IMG/VR virus record: IMGVR_UViG_3300011339_000925
From: an uncultured virus (IMG/VR IMGVR_UViG_3300011339_000925)
Lineage: Duplodnaviria > Heunggongvirae > Uroviricota > Caudoviricetes
DNA: 24,714 nucleotides
Reading direction: 5' to 3' (one strand)
Position numbers and translations under genes: made by a program
The notes under the pieces: model-generated
Database searches by the model: none
What the model saw: only the letters and a program-made list of their open reading frames with translations
What the model was told of the DNA's origin: nothing
Shown: piece by piece, positions 18,701 through 23,877 of the stretch
How positions within the stretch are numbered: position 1 is the first letter of the stretch
How the letters are laid out: each line of letters opens with the position of its first letter

Positions 18701-21700
18701 ATTTTAACTCTTCAGATAAAATATTTAATGTTTCTTGAATTTCTGTTAAATCTTCTAAAAGAACTTCATCAGTAAATTCTATATCTTCTTTTGAATCTAT
18801 AATTTCTTGAGTTTTACTAGAATCAGTTACAACAGGATTTTGTTTTAACACTTCTGTAGAAAGAATCGCAAAAGCTATTTCATCTACAATTCTATCTTGT
18901 GTAAAAGTAACTGGTTCATTTTTTTCATTTCTTAAAGTTACTGATACAATAGTTCCTTGGTTATTTCTATTTATAGCTGTTAATGGAGCAAATAAAGTTG
19001 TATATTTTTTTCCTCTAATTAAAAATTCTCTACCATCAGCAGAAACTTCTTCTACAGAATTATTTTTAAAAGATTCTTCTATTTCTTTTTGTTTTAAAAT
19101 ATATCTTTTTTCTTTAGTAGATTCAGATACTTCTTCTAATACAATTATATTTTTATTCTTTTTTAAATCTCTTGCTAATACTTCTTCTTCAACAGCTTCA
19201 ATTTTATTAGCATTTGCTATAATAATTTCATTAATTTCATCTATATCTTCTTGAGATAAACTAGATATACCTTTTAAATTATCATATTTTGCTTGACTTA
19301 AAGCTCTTAATGAATCTTTGTAATTTTGATTTAGCTCATTGTAAACAGAATAAAGTTCTTCATCTGTTTTTATTTTAAGACCTTTTTTAAATTTTTCTAC
19401 TGATTTTTTTATGTAATCTACATTAGAAGGTTGAGATTCTTTTTCTTTTTCATAAGCTTTAATAGATTCTTCATAATCAGGATTTAAATTTTTTTCTACA
19501 AATTCATCTTGAGTTTGTTTAGCTTTTTGAATACTTTCCATCCAAGGAGATAACTCAGAAAGTTTATTATCTATTTCTTTTAATTTTTTAAGTAAAGCTT
19601 TTTTATTTCTTTTATTAGACCCAGGTATAGTATTAAGTATTTGTTCTTTTTCTTGATTTAAACTATTGTATGTTTTTTCTAAGACTGTCGATTGTTGTTC
19701 TTTTGATACTTCTGTATCAACAATTGTTGTATCACCTTGTTGCTTATCTCCTCTGTCAATACCTTTGTCGCTAGTTTCAGTTGCAGGTTTTTGTTTGCTA
19801 AATATTCCATTTATAACATCTTTTTCTTTTGTAGGAGTAATAGGTTTAGGAGCATTTGATTTTTTAACTATAACAGGATTTTGAAAATCTATAACAGCTT
19901 GTTTTTTTAATCCTGCATAATATTCTTTTTCAGTTTTTAATTGCTCTAACCTATCTTTAGCTACAGGATTATCTCCTGCAGAATTAAAAATACGAGCTTC
20001 TTCTTTTTGTATTTCTTTATCTACTAAATTTTCTTTTTTATCAGCAAATTCAAATAATGATTGAGCTTTAAATTTATTATTTAACTCGTTTAATTCTATA
20101 TTAGGATAAGTTTCTGCAACTGTATCGTAAGTTTTTTTAAACTCTTTTACTTTTTGTATTCTTTCTCTTAATACTTGTTGAGGATTTATTTCTCTACCAT
20201 CTACAACTTTGTTAGCTCTTATATTAGCTAAGTTTTTAAGATTTTCATCAGATTCTTTAGTAAGTAATTCTAATTCTTCAAGTCTTTCTTCGTAAGTACC
20301 TGATTCTGAAGCAGCTTGAACAAAGTTAGTTAATTGTTCATGGTCTAAAACTCTATATGCATCTTTTAATACAGCTACTTTAGCAGGGTCTTGTTCTACT
20401 TCAATAGCATCTAAAACTTTATTTTTTTGTTGTTCAAGGTCATAAAAATTATTAAACTTAGTTTGAGCTTTGTTTAATTTATCAGTATATTCAATAGGTA
20501 AATGTTTATTCATTAAATCTACTACCTGTTCAGTAAATTTATTTCTTTTAGTACTTTCTGATTCTCCAACTACAGTACCAACTCCACCCATTACACCACC
20601 GACTAATCCACCTGCTACCATTGAAGCATAAAATTGTGGGTCTGATAATGATTGTAAAGCTGCATCTGCAAATGCTTCACCATAATTAACATTACCTTCT
20701 TCACCTGCTTTAGAAGCTACAAATTGAAATCCTTCTTCAAGTGCTTCTGTACCTGTTTGAAATCCTAATTGTCCTAAGTTAGTTAAAGCTGCTGATTTAC
20801 CAGTTAACTTATCTTGAACAAATTTTCCTTCTACATTTTTTATAGCATTTAATGTAGCTCTTTTATTACTAAAATTATCTAGAAATTTAGTGTACTGATA
20901 ATACTCTGGAATAGCTAAAAGCATATTAACACCAAATACTGAGTTTCTAATTTGTTTAGCTTCAGCTTCAGTTAGTTCACCGTTTTGTATTTTTTCTTGT
21001 AAACTATCATATACTTGATTAGCTTCTAATGCAGATTCATAAATTCTACCTGAAGTAGCTGCAGTCATATTAGGTAGTTTTTGTGCTAACTTACCTAATG
21101 TTGTTCCAAACAATTCAGGATTTTCTATACCTGCTTGAGCAGCTAATTCTACTACTTTGCTATTTTGACCTAATTTAGCATATCTTAATCCTTTACCTAA
21201 AGCATTAGTAAGACCTCTGACTCCTGCACCTACTAATGCACCTGAACCCCAACCACCTGCTACAAATCCTAATCCATTAAATAAACTATCTAAAAAGAAA
21301 TCATCTGAAAGTACTTGGTCAGTAAAACTACCTTGTTGTTCAGCTCTAGTTTTATATAAAGGAAATGCTTCTTTAGATGCTTCATCTATTTCTTGAAGAA
21401 TTTTAAAAGTGCTGTTTTCAAAAAAGTTTTTACCTGATACAACATCTATAAGACCATTAGCTAATCCAAGTGTACCACCTATAAAAGAAGTACCTGCTGT
21501 TGTTAAACCTTGTACTGCTGCATTACCTACTTTATCTACAAAACTTTGATTAATAGCTCTATTTTCTGCTTGATCTGTTTCTCTTGTAACAAAGGCATCA
21601 TTTTTACCAAACTCATCAAATTTAGTACTATAAGCATATAAATAAGATAAATCTGGTTGAATATTTCTATTTGCTAAAGCTTTTCTTTTTAAAAAAGAAA

Positions 21701-21734
21701 CATCTCCAAAAGGTAATATATTTTCTTCAGGCAT
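6735..21734 (-). CDS. 4999-aa virion RNA polymerase polyprotein (membrane helices, two-barrel RNAP, zincin, SLOG-like, SF1B helicase)
   Basis: 15-kb uninterrupted ORF with TDAQ, SAVK, GFRIPTEG, GSDYDVDKLF, SVDNAKE, HELVH...EFVTE, HSGGAKGYD, and GRGGTGKT/DEASM/GDxxQ/HKVQGST/YTAVSR. Confidence 0.93.
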   Translation of the reverse strand: MPEENILPFGDVSFLKRKALANRNIQPDLSYLYAYSTKFDEFGKNDAFVTRETDQAENRAINQSFVDKVGNAAVQGLTTAGTSFIGGTLGLANGLIDVVSGKNFFENSTFKILQEIDEASKEAFPLYKTRAEQQGSFTDQVLSDDFFLDSLFNGLGFVAGGWGSGALVGAGVRGLTNALGKGLRYAKLGQNSKVVELAAQAGIENPELFGTTLGKLAQKLPNMTAATSGRIYESALEANQVYDSLQEKIQNGELTEAEAKQIRNSVFGVNMLLAIPEYYQYTKFLDNFSNKRATLNAIKNVEGKFVQDKLTGKSAALTNLGQLGFQTGTEALEEGFQFVASKAGEEGNVNYGEAFADAALQSLSDPQFYASMVAGGLVGGVMGGVGTVVGESESTKRNKFTEQVVDLMNKHLPIEYTDKLNKAQTKFNNFYDLEQQKNKVLDAIEVEQDPAKVAVLKDAYRVLDHEQLTNFVQAASESGTYEERLEELELLTKESDENLKNLANIRANKVVDGREINPQQVLRERIQKVKEFKKTYDTVAETYPNIELNELNNKFKAQSLFEFADKKENLVDKEIQKEEARIFNSAGDNPVAKDRLEQLKTEKEYYAGLKKQAVIDFQNPVIVKKSNAPKPITPTKEKDVINGIFSKQKPATETSDKGIDRGDKQQGDTTIVDTEVSKEQQSTVLEKTYNSLNQEKEQILNTIPGSNKRNKKALLKKLKEIDNKLSELSPWMESIQKAKQTQDEFVEKNLNPDYEESIKAYEKEKESQPSNVDYIKKSVEKFKKGLKIKTDEELYSVYNELNQNYKDSLRALSQAKYDNLKGISSLSQEDIDEINEIIIANANKIEAVEEEVLARDLKKNKNIIVLEEVSESTKEKRYILKQKEIEESFKNNSVEEVSADGREFLIRGKKYTTLFAPLTAINRNNQGTIVSVTLRNEKNEPVTFTQDRIVDEIAFAILSTEVLKQNPVVTDSSKTQEIIDSKEDIEFTDEVLLEDLTEIQETLNILSEELKLEKKSLKKIGFETNEINEYIKTTVKGIQYKELKEIEAIIKQKIKNNKNLKINPSKKVTVKAKIEKNELTKTSRKSTSKTSKSTVRKVDEEKSGDTAKVPVSQVVDVKLIEPIVEPTAELDALETIPVAEAPVVKSTTEENKEETVGDQFEELFREFDDLPEETKKNFSNDVENTLDFDNDTPQQIESKVSALFNKYSFRVSEDVARLYTAVLKDVNKSLKKSSSERKPLTVKYFQDNIKNFNSSDPYSASLAYQVIKIYNSTFNFQTISAEDFNRSILSTVRSITDIEEENEKVVEAITDQLISGFAVSYKMVETSPVNNRQTLYKDGKVQFINNDEYDILHSNDIKVEDELEVVLANTPVGIPGTDEYLDSMDLKLQSKNKITGVLEDRGFVHKINYININNIAPSADLEVEKQKIRDIRNHFAALGAKPLTVKIKNVSRAKIEFNKDYFPIEADMLENIYTYINGKYQGVNGEFKGQLEVLPNEKNAGVNGRVYLLAPQATHKNEVSTISIPIGVTFGNFKIEEKENKEVIKEIRDNISNELLQFLTQGKISDDSWVDKFVYLTKDGKTTGKHIVNLSVKNGEPQIIHAGKVIKIDSTDTNETLLEKVEDLINNLSFNLNNKELRNESTLPNSEFTYQELIVKGQLLKTNIATKETKAYGRLYAFQPTFYFEVVNQEAVKKESSATGKIATAEEVKEIIENQNLESLKEDLKDLGINFDIDEEGSAEQSIDIESSSTILINPELALEEEAAIIDSLAYKLLSGNIKDVENNLIKAVERLKSATGLNPTQQEKANFLKNNILNVLEKFDEYSNRAVAVLTNLNFSKNKEGIFESFADTEDSAEQYVDEASSKENRLDSMYDEIRRMLSFIPDYNNNGTVKTNSIGMDVYVPIDFVFTQIVEELTTSVYTNTAASYKLMVDKLAESKSPYLNKVASILNNSPNKQLRRQFYQVFSAEKENPITVVATLAKQKYRVFKNESDNSTGANLIKGEFVQKMYNNPRLSTRQLINNQENNVINKSYIQSIIKSVENLLANTSYFEKNIITNEGLSELQSIFNALGMNINKIGLTQYLQKREGFTSATRNDNKFLKEVFLDLLLKKGFLTSSTLQDLFINEGTIFQNISKAILLTSSRAIAGTYRVSGVQYSSFTNSKPITEKLNWFKSKWSDLKNTLVYKNLRAQLQNIKVIVDRGFRFKNEAPKFFKDSNPIEFEIMRMLNSQIINKNGENIGLIKAETLSDKSTNLMFENITPNLENILLYNETEKKWGMSNVIKKNLYNYFNMEVAKIQQYQIRQKISEKLKLKNADSTETKKGAGEYFYYYEFLNAEILAENTDEDSVKILKALYDKKNNLYRLKSTLTLNDDVKNLIQKKILQRFNSIVLKTLNSWEDFGIISKKKDGTYYTNIMDEAYKENLIKKYGTDLDARTKHAVIDFVYKNMTVLIETNLILGDPAQQSKIPSTDKLLTKDQVLQGILSTFDNLSKRNARLLAQGRRGFWKKSTYKVAIVNDMNVDASNIEQYEKEIQKFYKDLKNEKLTDAQEFTTVWEHLNDRYAHGEISTSDVLRGMMLYDPEHYQMLYNDPNSDLYLYFGKENETDEGVLPFENLTEEQIKNLDSKALLQPRKPVQVFSNLENGIIEEFYIKTSSVPLVPAVIKDGPMKKVRENMIAQNIDRLTFPSAVKIGNKQVTTLFDNNGNVNDEAFLSPITLERSGYHIQLNIPYDESKNTIRQVTQAMKLLFVNLANNTVLSSGRTVAEVKQDYIEAQKRLVEKSKAKLISELLEKTDMFPDAEGNYVIKNVEKLAQVLENESARRDFTENAKKMLKTDGKGNFLFPLIFNPNIGKIQPVLQALITNSVMRTKISGKSYVQVSEVLTYKSFGKNNNIKSEEALTEEERNSIIYTSAENKKGKLNYIKKGKGKDFSERAQVYVPFYFTHKGKKLKITDFIKDGYIDLEKLPKELLTSIGFRIPTEGRKSMMVFEVAGFLPESMGDTIIVPSELAIQMGSDYDVDKLFMYNYEASVVIEPPSAEEIALVSENLSQKLALSNPYNKPIIAKLQNNVQDIYNELNDEINPPNEERAIELSDDLNTLINEIFLLNMVADQKIQKQIADREELIKELRKSRKRFLVKRDSDVNKIVDIYQEVLLSADIFNSVVTPQGFDSLQNTITEFNSKYGNSLNKEWLGFYDPNYQRDTFFDNKAGKTGVGVGANANTFHAMAQEANLFIKGTGVMFKDEKGNYYTENVKENRINEYTNDLYSENQSTSTSAWRLDKIFGFDGGVISERISEWLAASVDNAKEKLLGLGGINNYNLGVGLTIIQTGFNHNWVINFINQPILKEYYKELDKLKSMFDTEYDYDKKEKKTMELLLKYVNKDSKKLLDLRKDGFTLEEYKSMLNKSFEELSDKQKEKQVAILLAFKHYEELTTSINSVQGAMIIDSKGLPKNYIETIQLVVKQSKLIEDAIGNVSKLKNTVVGEYIKIPKFAVNLYSNIYQYSKTAYSTIESLIAETLGKTDSLTDDDTNSIYNGLFSYVYSHPLIQERIADGKDINAYKADLWINLKNRFTELKEKYPNNNLLRRITINQDNLLTMGNSFVKTEVLENQITNAWLDLMKTNQKDLELRQFGLDLAAYSLYFNANLFGVSNFFKYIPFEYYQAINLSSILKSIETNLSSPTYFKEFEKQYFQHNPQLAKSITGIIKNASNKDVEKKYVAIPNTDTNVLTEIFINTDSEIAKKFVSKTDLNNNIQNYLRFVAIYNFNTSETDLYQLENTKNNKLHYKIIDRLGLESASIVEYKFEEKNKRSIIPNNKVPVQVSTLTQSIKSSSAPQNSLDIIEATFKDSQGKPITTVNELLEGVLLNSNEYYTALATYLKDKLNDYTIEYGALDKAFGEHNSLTKTIKYDLTRLERKYKDNKDLLLSHVLHELVHGVTASKLKDPEFQKTPEYEKLKKVYDKYLNSFTEKEKANLEIFKKYRAEKISSLPKDIKDNYNIYYAADSILEFVTETLTSEIVQRRLASEGMSIKKIINDLLELIKKALNIEKGSLLDEAVDAIMQIADYNEPGVSDVITTTVNNPAEYTNHSGGAKGYDAEWDLIGAEFGMVNNKHYLLPSDGAVSDPRLQAKGVKPVDATNDVGPVALQGPATGEAQIAVTNAERAMGRIELNHTTRNTKKIRNYAQVKNADGIFAIGSLIPKGADITVARGQATKKALVPQVNGGTSVAVQLGITMGKPTYVFNQVANNVYSQGWYKWDSTKQDFVSIDTPTLTKNFAGIGTSSNTTEAGKQAIRDVYANTFKSTESGVSNIVTETSTKVITDVEKLAKLNKGRTVKIKYYKYKNSFDAIVTGKVQMVLGPTISINDITKEEKIIAPAVYQIEFKTNTGKLITADESDVTGLINTETGSESTEKSIETKSFFEFGTEYKFTLENGKPISAEYRQKGGEFKFMNPKNIQSKYDSLVSKDVEIKEKNTSTTSTTLEIPNKKYELFPGVYANEGQKEAIDKIEEFLNSNDDKFLLKGRGGTGKTTIIKKALGKLPKTSIIGATVSDEARQVLQENMSGYKTTTVAGLLGLVPDYDSKTGKIFFRERNQEEEAKFRGMGKSDPIENAEYIIIDEASMINDFLYNKILNKKLKSAKVIFMGDNVQIPPINESGQSKDSPIWSLDKNKNFAELNERMRQGAESPILPITDIYANNVENIQNNKPSVDNPLKERRNNFTSDGGVLYETDSKKLVDDYVFEITNNNNPKQAIIIGARNTVVDNFNSLVRQKLFNTTEPFVVGDFIRVNSPYVINGTVELPNGFKGKVKEITPVVVPDVNFTTYNLTIEYEYLNENNVKKTGVKKITTISPEEKDLFKNVLSKMAVKAKSFSKGTNEYKAAWSEFYTLKGKIVDIGYNYAITSHKVQGSTYNSVYVLENDIMTFPGGKEQVNRMMYTAVSRPRKKLVIYNPTQNVTEKSIDPSIFEFKTSVRDFMQNLTKEEREIFRELKEKEEFKTECK
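6890..8270 (-). other. Dda/RecD-like superfamily 1B helicase domain
   Basis: Q motif NEGQKEA, Walker A GRGGTGKT (8148-8171), Walker B IIIDEASM (DEASM 7872-7886), MGDNVQIPP, RMRQ, YAITSHKVQGSTY and YTAVSRP, all present in order. Confidence 0.92.
8811..9536. repeat. Short direct repeat flanking the SLOG-like domain (8811-8825 and 9522-9536)
   Basis: agaaacacctgattc vs agaaacacctggttc (14/15), encoding E[SP]GVS. Offset 711 nt, in frame. Extends to about 22/27 nt. Confidence 0.6.
8835..9485 (-). other. SLOG-superfamily (YpsA/MoCo-carrier-like) nucleotide-binding domain
   Basis: HSGGAKGYDAEW (9441-9476)...RNYAQVKNADGIFAIG...GGTSVAV...GKPTYVF...FAGIGT follows the SLOG motif order SGGAxGxD, RN, GGT, KP. 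Confidence 0.7.
9560..10180 (-). other. Zincin-like metallopeptidase domain
   Basis: HVLHELVHG (HELVH 9933-9947, about H3930) with downstream EFVTE (9702-9716) as the likely third ligand. Boundaries approximate. Confidence 0.8.
10330..16490 (-). other. Two-barrel (double-psi beta-barrel) RNA polymerase region, crAss-like virion RNAP type
   Basis: Catalytic DYDVD at 12678-12692 (D3015/D3017/D3019), RIP at 12801-12809, DAQ at 14088-14096, SAVK Lys at 13665-13667 and VDNAK near 11820-11834. phi14:2 gp66 has an equivalent DFDID motif. Boundaries approximate. Confidence 0.88.
18389..18505 (-). CDS. Candidate overprinted 38-aa micro-ORF in the +1 frame of the polyprotein (MNLQKLQENLPLKLQNQLLGKSMKKKVEILQKYLSHKL)
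   Basis: ATG preceded by AAAATAGAAAAAA, TAG at 18389-18391, lying under a low-complexity K/S/T linker. Confidence 0.3.
   Translation of the reverse strand: MNLQKLQENLPLKLQNQLLGKSMKKKVEILQKYLSHKL
19679..19810 (-). CDS. Candidate overprinted 43-aa micro-ORF in the +1 frame of the polyprotein (MEYLANKNLQLKLATKVLTEEISNKVIQQLLIQKYQKNNNRQS)
   Basis: ATG at 19808-19810, TAG at 19679-19681. The host frame here uses several C/G-ending codons (AGC x2, GAC x2, AAG, TCG, GTC). Confidence 0.3.
   Translation of the reverse strand: MEYLANKNLQLKLATKVLTEEISNKVIQQLLIQKYQKNNNRQS
20560..21560 (-). other. Gly/Ala-rich hydrophobic helices at the polyprotein N-terminus (putative membrane-inserting ejection channel region)
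   Basis: GLTTAGTSFIGGTLGLANGLI, GLGFVAGGWGSGALVGAGVRGL and MVAGGLVGGVMGGVGTVVG, plus an EALEEGFQ motif, as seen in ejected internal virion proteins. Confidence 0.6.
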
Positions 21735-21737
21735 AAT

Positions 21738-23753
21738 TTATTCTGTTTCGCTTCCTATATTTGATACTTCTTTATTTTGTGCAGGGTCTTTAAAAGGATT
21801 AGTTTCTAAAACATGCTGTTTTAAATCTGAGTAAAACATTGAAATAACATCACCATTAGGGTAAGTAATTTTTACTATTGGATTTACAGATTCTATATTT
21901 CCTTTTTTATCTGTAGTATAAGTACTATATTTTTCATTATTATAAACTGCATCTTTAGCTAAAGTAGTAACTTCTATTTGAACAGGTTCTCCATTCAGAG
22001 TAATGTTAGGTCCTACAATTTTAGAGTTTTCAATTTTAGAGTTTTCTCCTTGCAAAATTGCTCTTTCAATATCAGTAAGTATGTTTGTATACGCTTGATA
22101 TTTTTTACCAGCACCTATTTTAATAACTGCAGGTTTATTATTTATTTTTAAATTAGCATTATAACTACCTTTAAAATCAGCAAAGTTATGATCGAAACCA
22201 GTAATTTCACCAGTTGCTAAATCTTCTGATGTTAATGCTTCATCTTCCATAGCTTGTCTACCAGAATCATAATGTTTCCATCCTAAACCTTTTTGATAAA
22301 TATCTATAGGGTTATTTAAAAAATATCCACCTCCAGTTCTTTCTTTATTACCTTTAGATTCAATTAAATTACCTAAAATCATGTCTGTATATTTTTTAGA
22401 TTCTGCTCCTAAGTTTTCTTCAGTAAAAAACTTATTACTAATAGCTTTGCTAAATGAATTATAAATTGGGTTTATTCTTTTTAAATATGCTTCGTTTGTT
22501 TCTGCGCTCTTTTGAGGATATAACTCCATAACTTTAGACAACCCTTTATATTTAAATAATCCATCATCACCTCTAGCATTTGCTAATGCAGTCGGAGTAA
22601 TATCTGTTTCTACAGAAGCTACAGCTATATCACCTCCAGGAGAAGTTACTATACTTCCAGAAAGTATTTCTTTTTCTTTAGGTAAATCTACATTTTTATA
22701 ATCTGATTTACCTACAGTATTTGTTACTTCTCTAGGATTAAATTCAGGTTTTTCTTTTTTACCAGCACTAGATGCCCCTGCATCAAATCCTATATCACTT
22801 TGGTTTTGAGTAACATCGTAACCATATTTCATCATTAATGCTGAATAAGCAGGAATTATTTCTGTATTATAAACATTCATTTTAGCATTGTCTATAATCT
22901 TTTTTTTCAGTTTATCTTTTTGGTCTTGTGTAAGATTAGGGTCTTTATCTATTTGTAATAGTTGAGGATTTGTTTCTTCAACACCTCTACTATCCATATA
23001 AGCTCTATAATTAGGATCTGCTTTAAATAAATTTTCAGCTATACTACGAACTTCATTTTTATCTACTCCTTGCCATCCTCTACCTTCACTTTGTTTAAAT
23101 ATTAATTCTTGTTCACCAGGTTGAGCTTTTCTTAGTGTTCCATCTTTATTTAAAACACCTGCTCTATATACTGCACCTGAAGTAGTATAACCATCAGCAT
23201 GAATACCTGTTAAAAATTTATCAGCTACACCTGTTACATCATAATCTTTTTGTATAGGTGGAGGAGTAAAGTAATTACCTACTACTGCACCTGTTTTTTC
23301 ATCAAATTTAAAAGTAGGTAAATTTAAAGCAACTACATTTTCCCAAATTTTCTTTTTTCTTTCAGAACTAATTCCTGAATCTGCATTTAAAGTTTTTTGA
23401 AAATCTTCGATTGTCTGTTTATTTTTAGAAAGTTTAGCTACATTAGTACTCAACATTCTTGCATCATCTAATGTTTGATGTAATAAATCTTCATAATTAC
23501 CTGCTTTTTCTCTTTCTTTAAATTTTTCTTGACTAGCTTCATATACTTTTTGAGCAGTTTCTAAATTACTAGGATGAACATTTTGAATCATATCTAGCAT
23601 TAATGCTTTAGATTTTGAATCAGTTTCTTTAGCAGCATCCCATCTTTCAATAAGAGCTTGACGCATTTCTTTTAATTCTGGAAAAGTCGAACCTACAAAT
23701 TGATTAACGTATTTAGCATCTCTTAAAGTAGGGTATAATAAAGGACCTGGCAT
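21738..23753 (-). CDS. 671-aa hypothetical protein, probable virion cargo protein
   Basis: Long Cys-free ORF 3 nt upstream of the RNAP polyprotein, with a helical N-terminus and A-rich leader AAAAATAATAATA-ATG. Confidence 0.8.
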   Translation of the reverse strand: MPGPLLYPTLRDAKYVNQFVGSTFPELKEMRQALIERWDAAKETDSKSKALMLDMIQNVHPSNLETAQKVYEASQEKFKEREKAGNYEDLLHQTLDDARMLSTNVAKLSKNKQTIEDFQKTLNADSGISSERKKKIWENVVALNLPTFKFDEKTGAVVGNYFTPPPIQKDYDVTGVADKFLTGIHADGYTTSGAVYRAGVLNKDGTLRKAQPGEQELIFKQSEGRGWQGVDKNEVRSIAENLFKADPNYRAYMDSRGVEETNPQLLQIDKDPNLTQDQKDKLKKKIIDNAKMNVYNTEIIPAYSALMMKYGYDVTQNQSDIGFDAGASSAGKKEKPEFNPREVTNTVGKSDYKNVDLPKEKEILSGSIVTSPGGDIAVASVETDITPTALANARGDDGLFKYKGLSKVMELYPQKSAETNEAYLKRINPIYNSFSKAISNKFFTEENLGAESKKYTDMILGNLIESKGNKERTGGGYFLNNPIDIYQKGLGWKHYDSGRQAMEDEALTSEDLATGEITGFDHNFADFKGSYNANLKINNKPAVIKIGAGKKYQAYTNILTDIERAILQGENSKIENSKIVGPNITLNGEPVQIEVTTLAKDAVYNNEKYSTYTTDKKGNIESVNPIVKITYPNGDVISMFYSDLKQHVLETNPFKDPAQNKEVSNIGSETE
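22017..22046. repeat. Perfect 15-bp tandem duplication (ENSKI-ENSKI)
   Basis: aattttagagttttc at 22017-22031 and 22032-22046. Confidence 0.9.
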
Positions 23754-23769
23754 TATTATTATTTTTACT

Positions 23770-23778
23770 GTAAAAGTA
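23770..23778 (-). promoter_or_regulatory. Candidate promoter -7 box for the cargo/RNAP operon
   Basis: Minus strand TACTTTTAC (TAnnTTTA variant) between the terminator and the ATG at 23753. A TTTG lies 16 nt upstream, shorter than the canonical spacing. Confidence 0.45.
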
Positions 23779-23790
23779 AATAAAAATATT

Positions 23791-23824
23791 AAAACAAAAA
23801 ACCCCTAATTTTATTTAGGGGTTT
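23791..23824 (-). terminator. Intrinsic (rho-independent) terminator
   Basis: Minus strand AAACCCCTAA-ATAAAA-TTAGGGGTTT perfect 10-bp stem (23799-23808 / 23815-23824) running into TTTGTTTT. Confidence 0.85.
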
Positions 23825-23867
23825 AATGAAAGGTTTAACCTTTAAATTATATAGTGTAGTAATTTTT

Positions 23868-23876
23868 GCAAAAATA
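23868..23876 (-). promoter_or_regulatory. Candidate -7 box TATTTTTG(C) just after the upstream stop codon
   Basis: Exact TAnnTTTG at 23869-23876, overlapping the 14-bp palindrome atttttgcaaaaat (23862-23875). No clear -33 TTTG. Confidence 0.35.
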
Positions 23877-23877
23877 A

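Noticed and set aside
19666..19884. Plus-strand 72-aa ORF
   Set aside because: Antisense shadow caused by local absence of TTA/CTA/TCA codons in the polyprotein linker. The same-strand +1 ORF is the better candidate.
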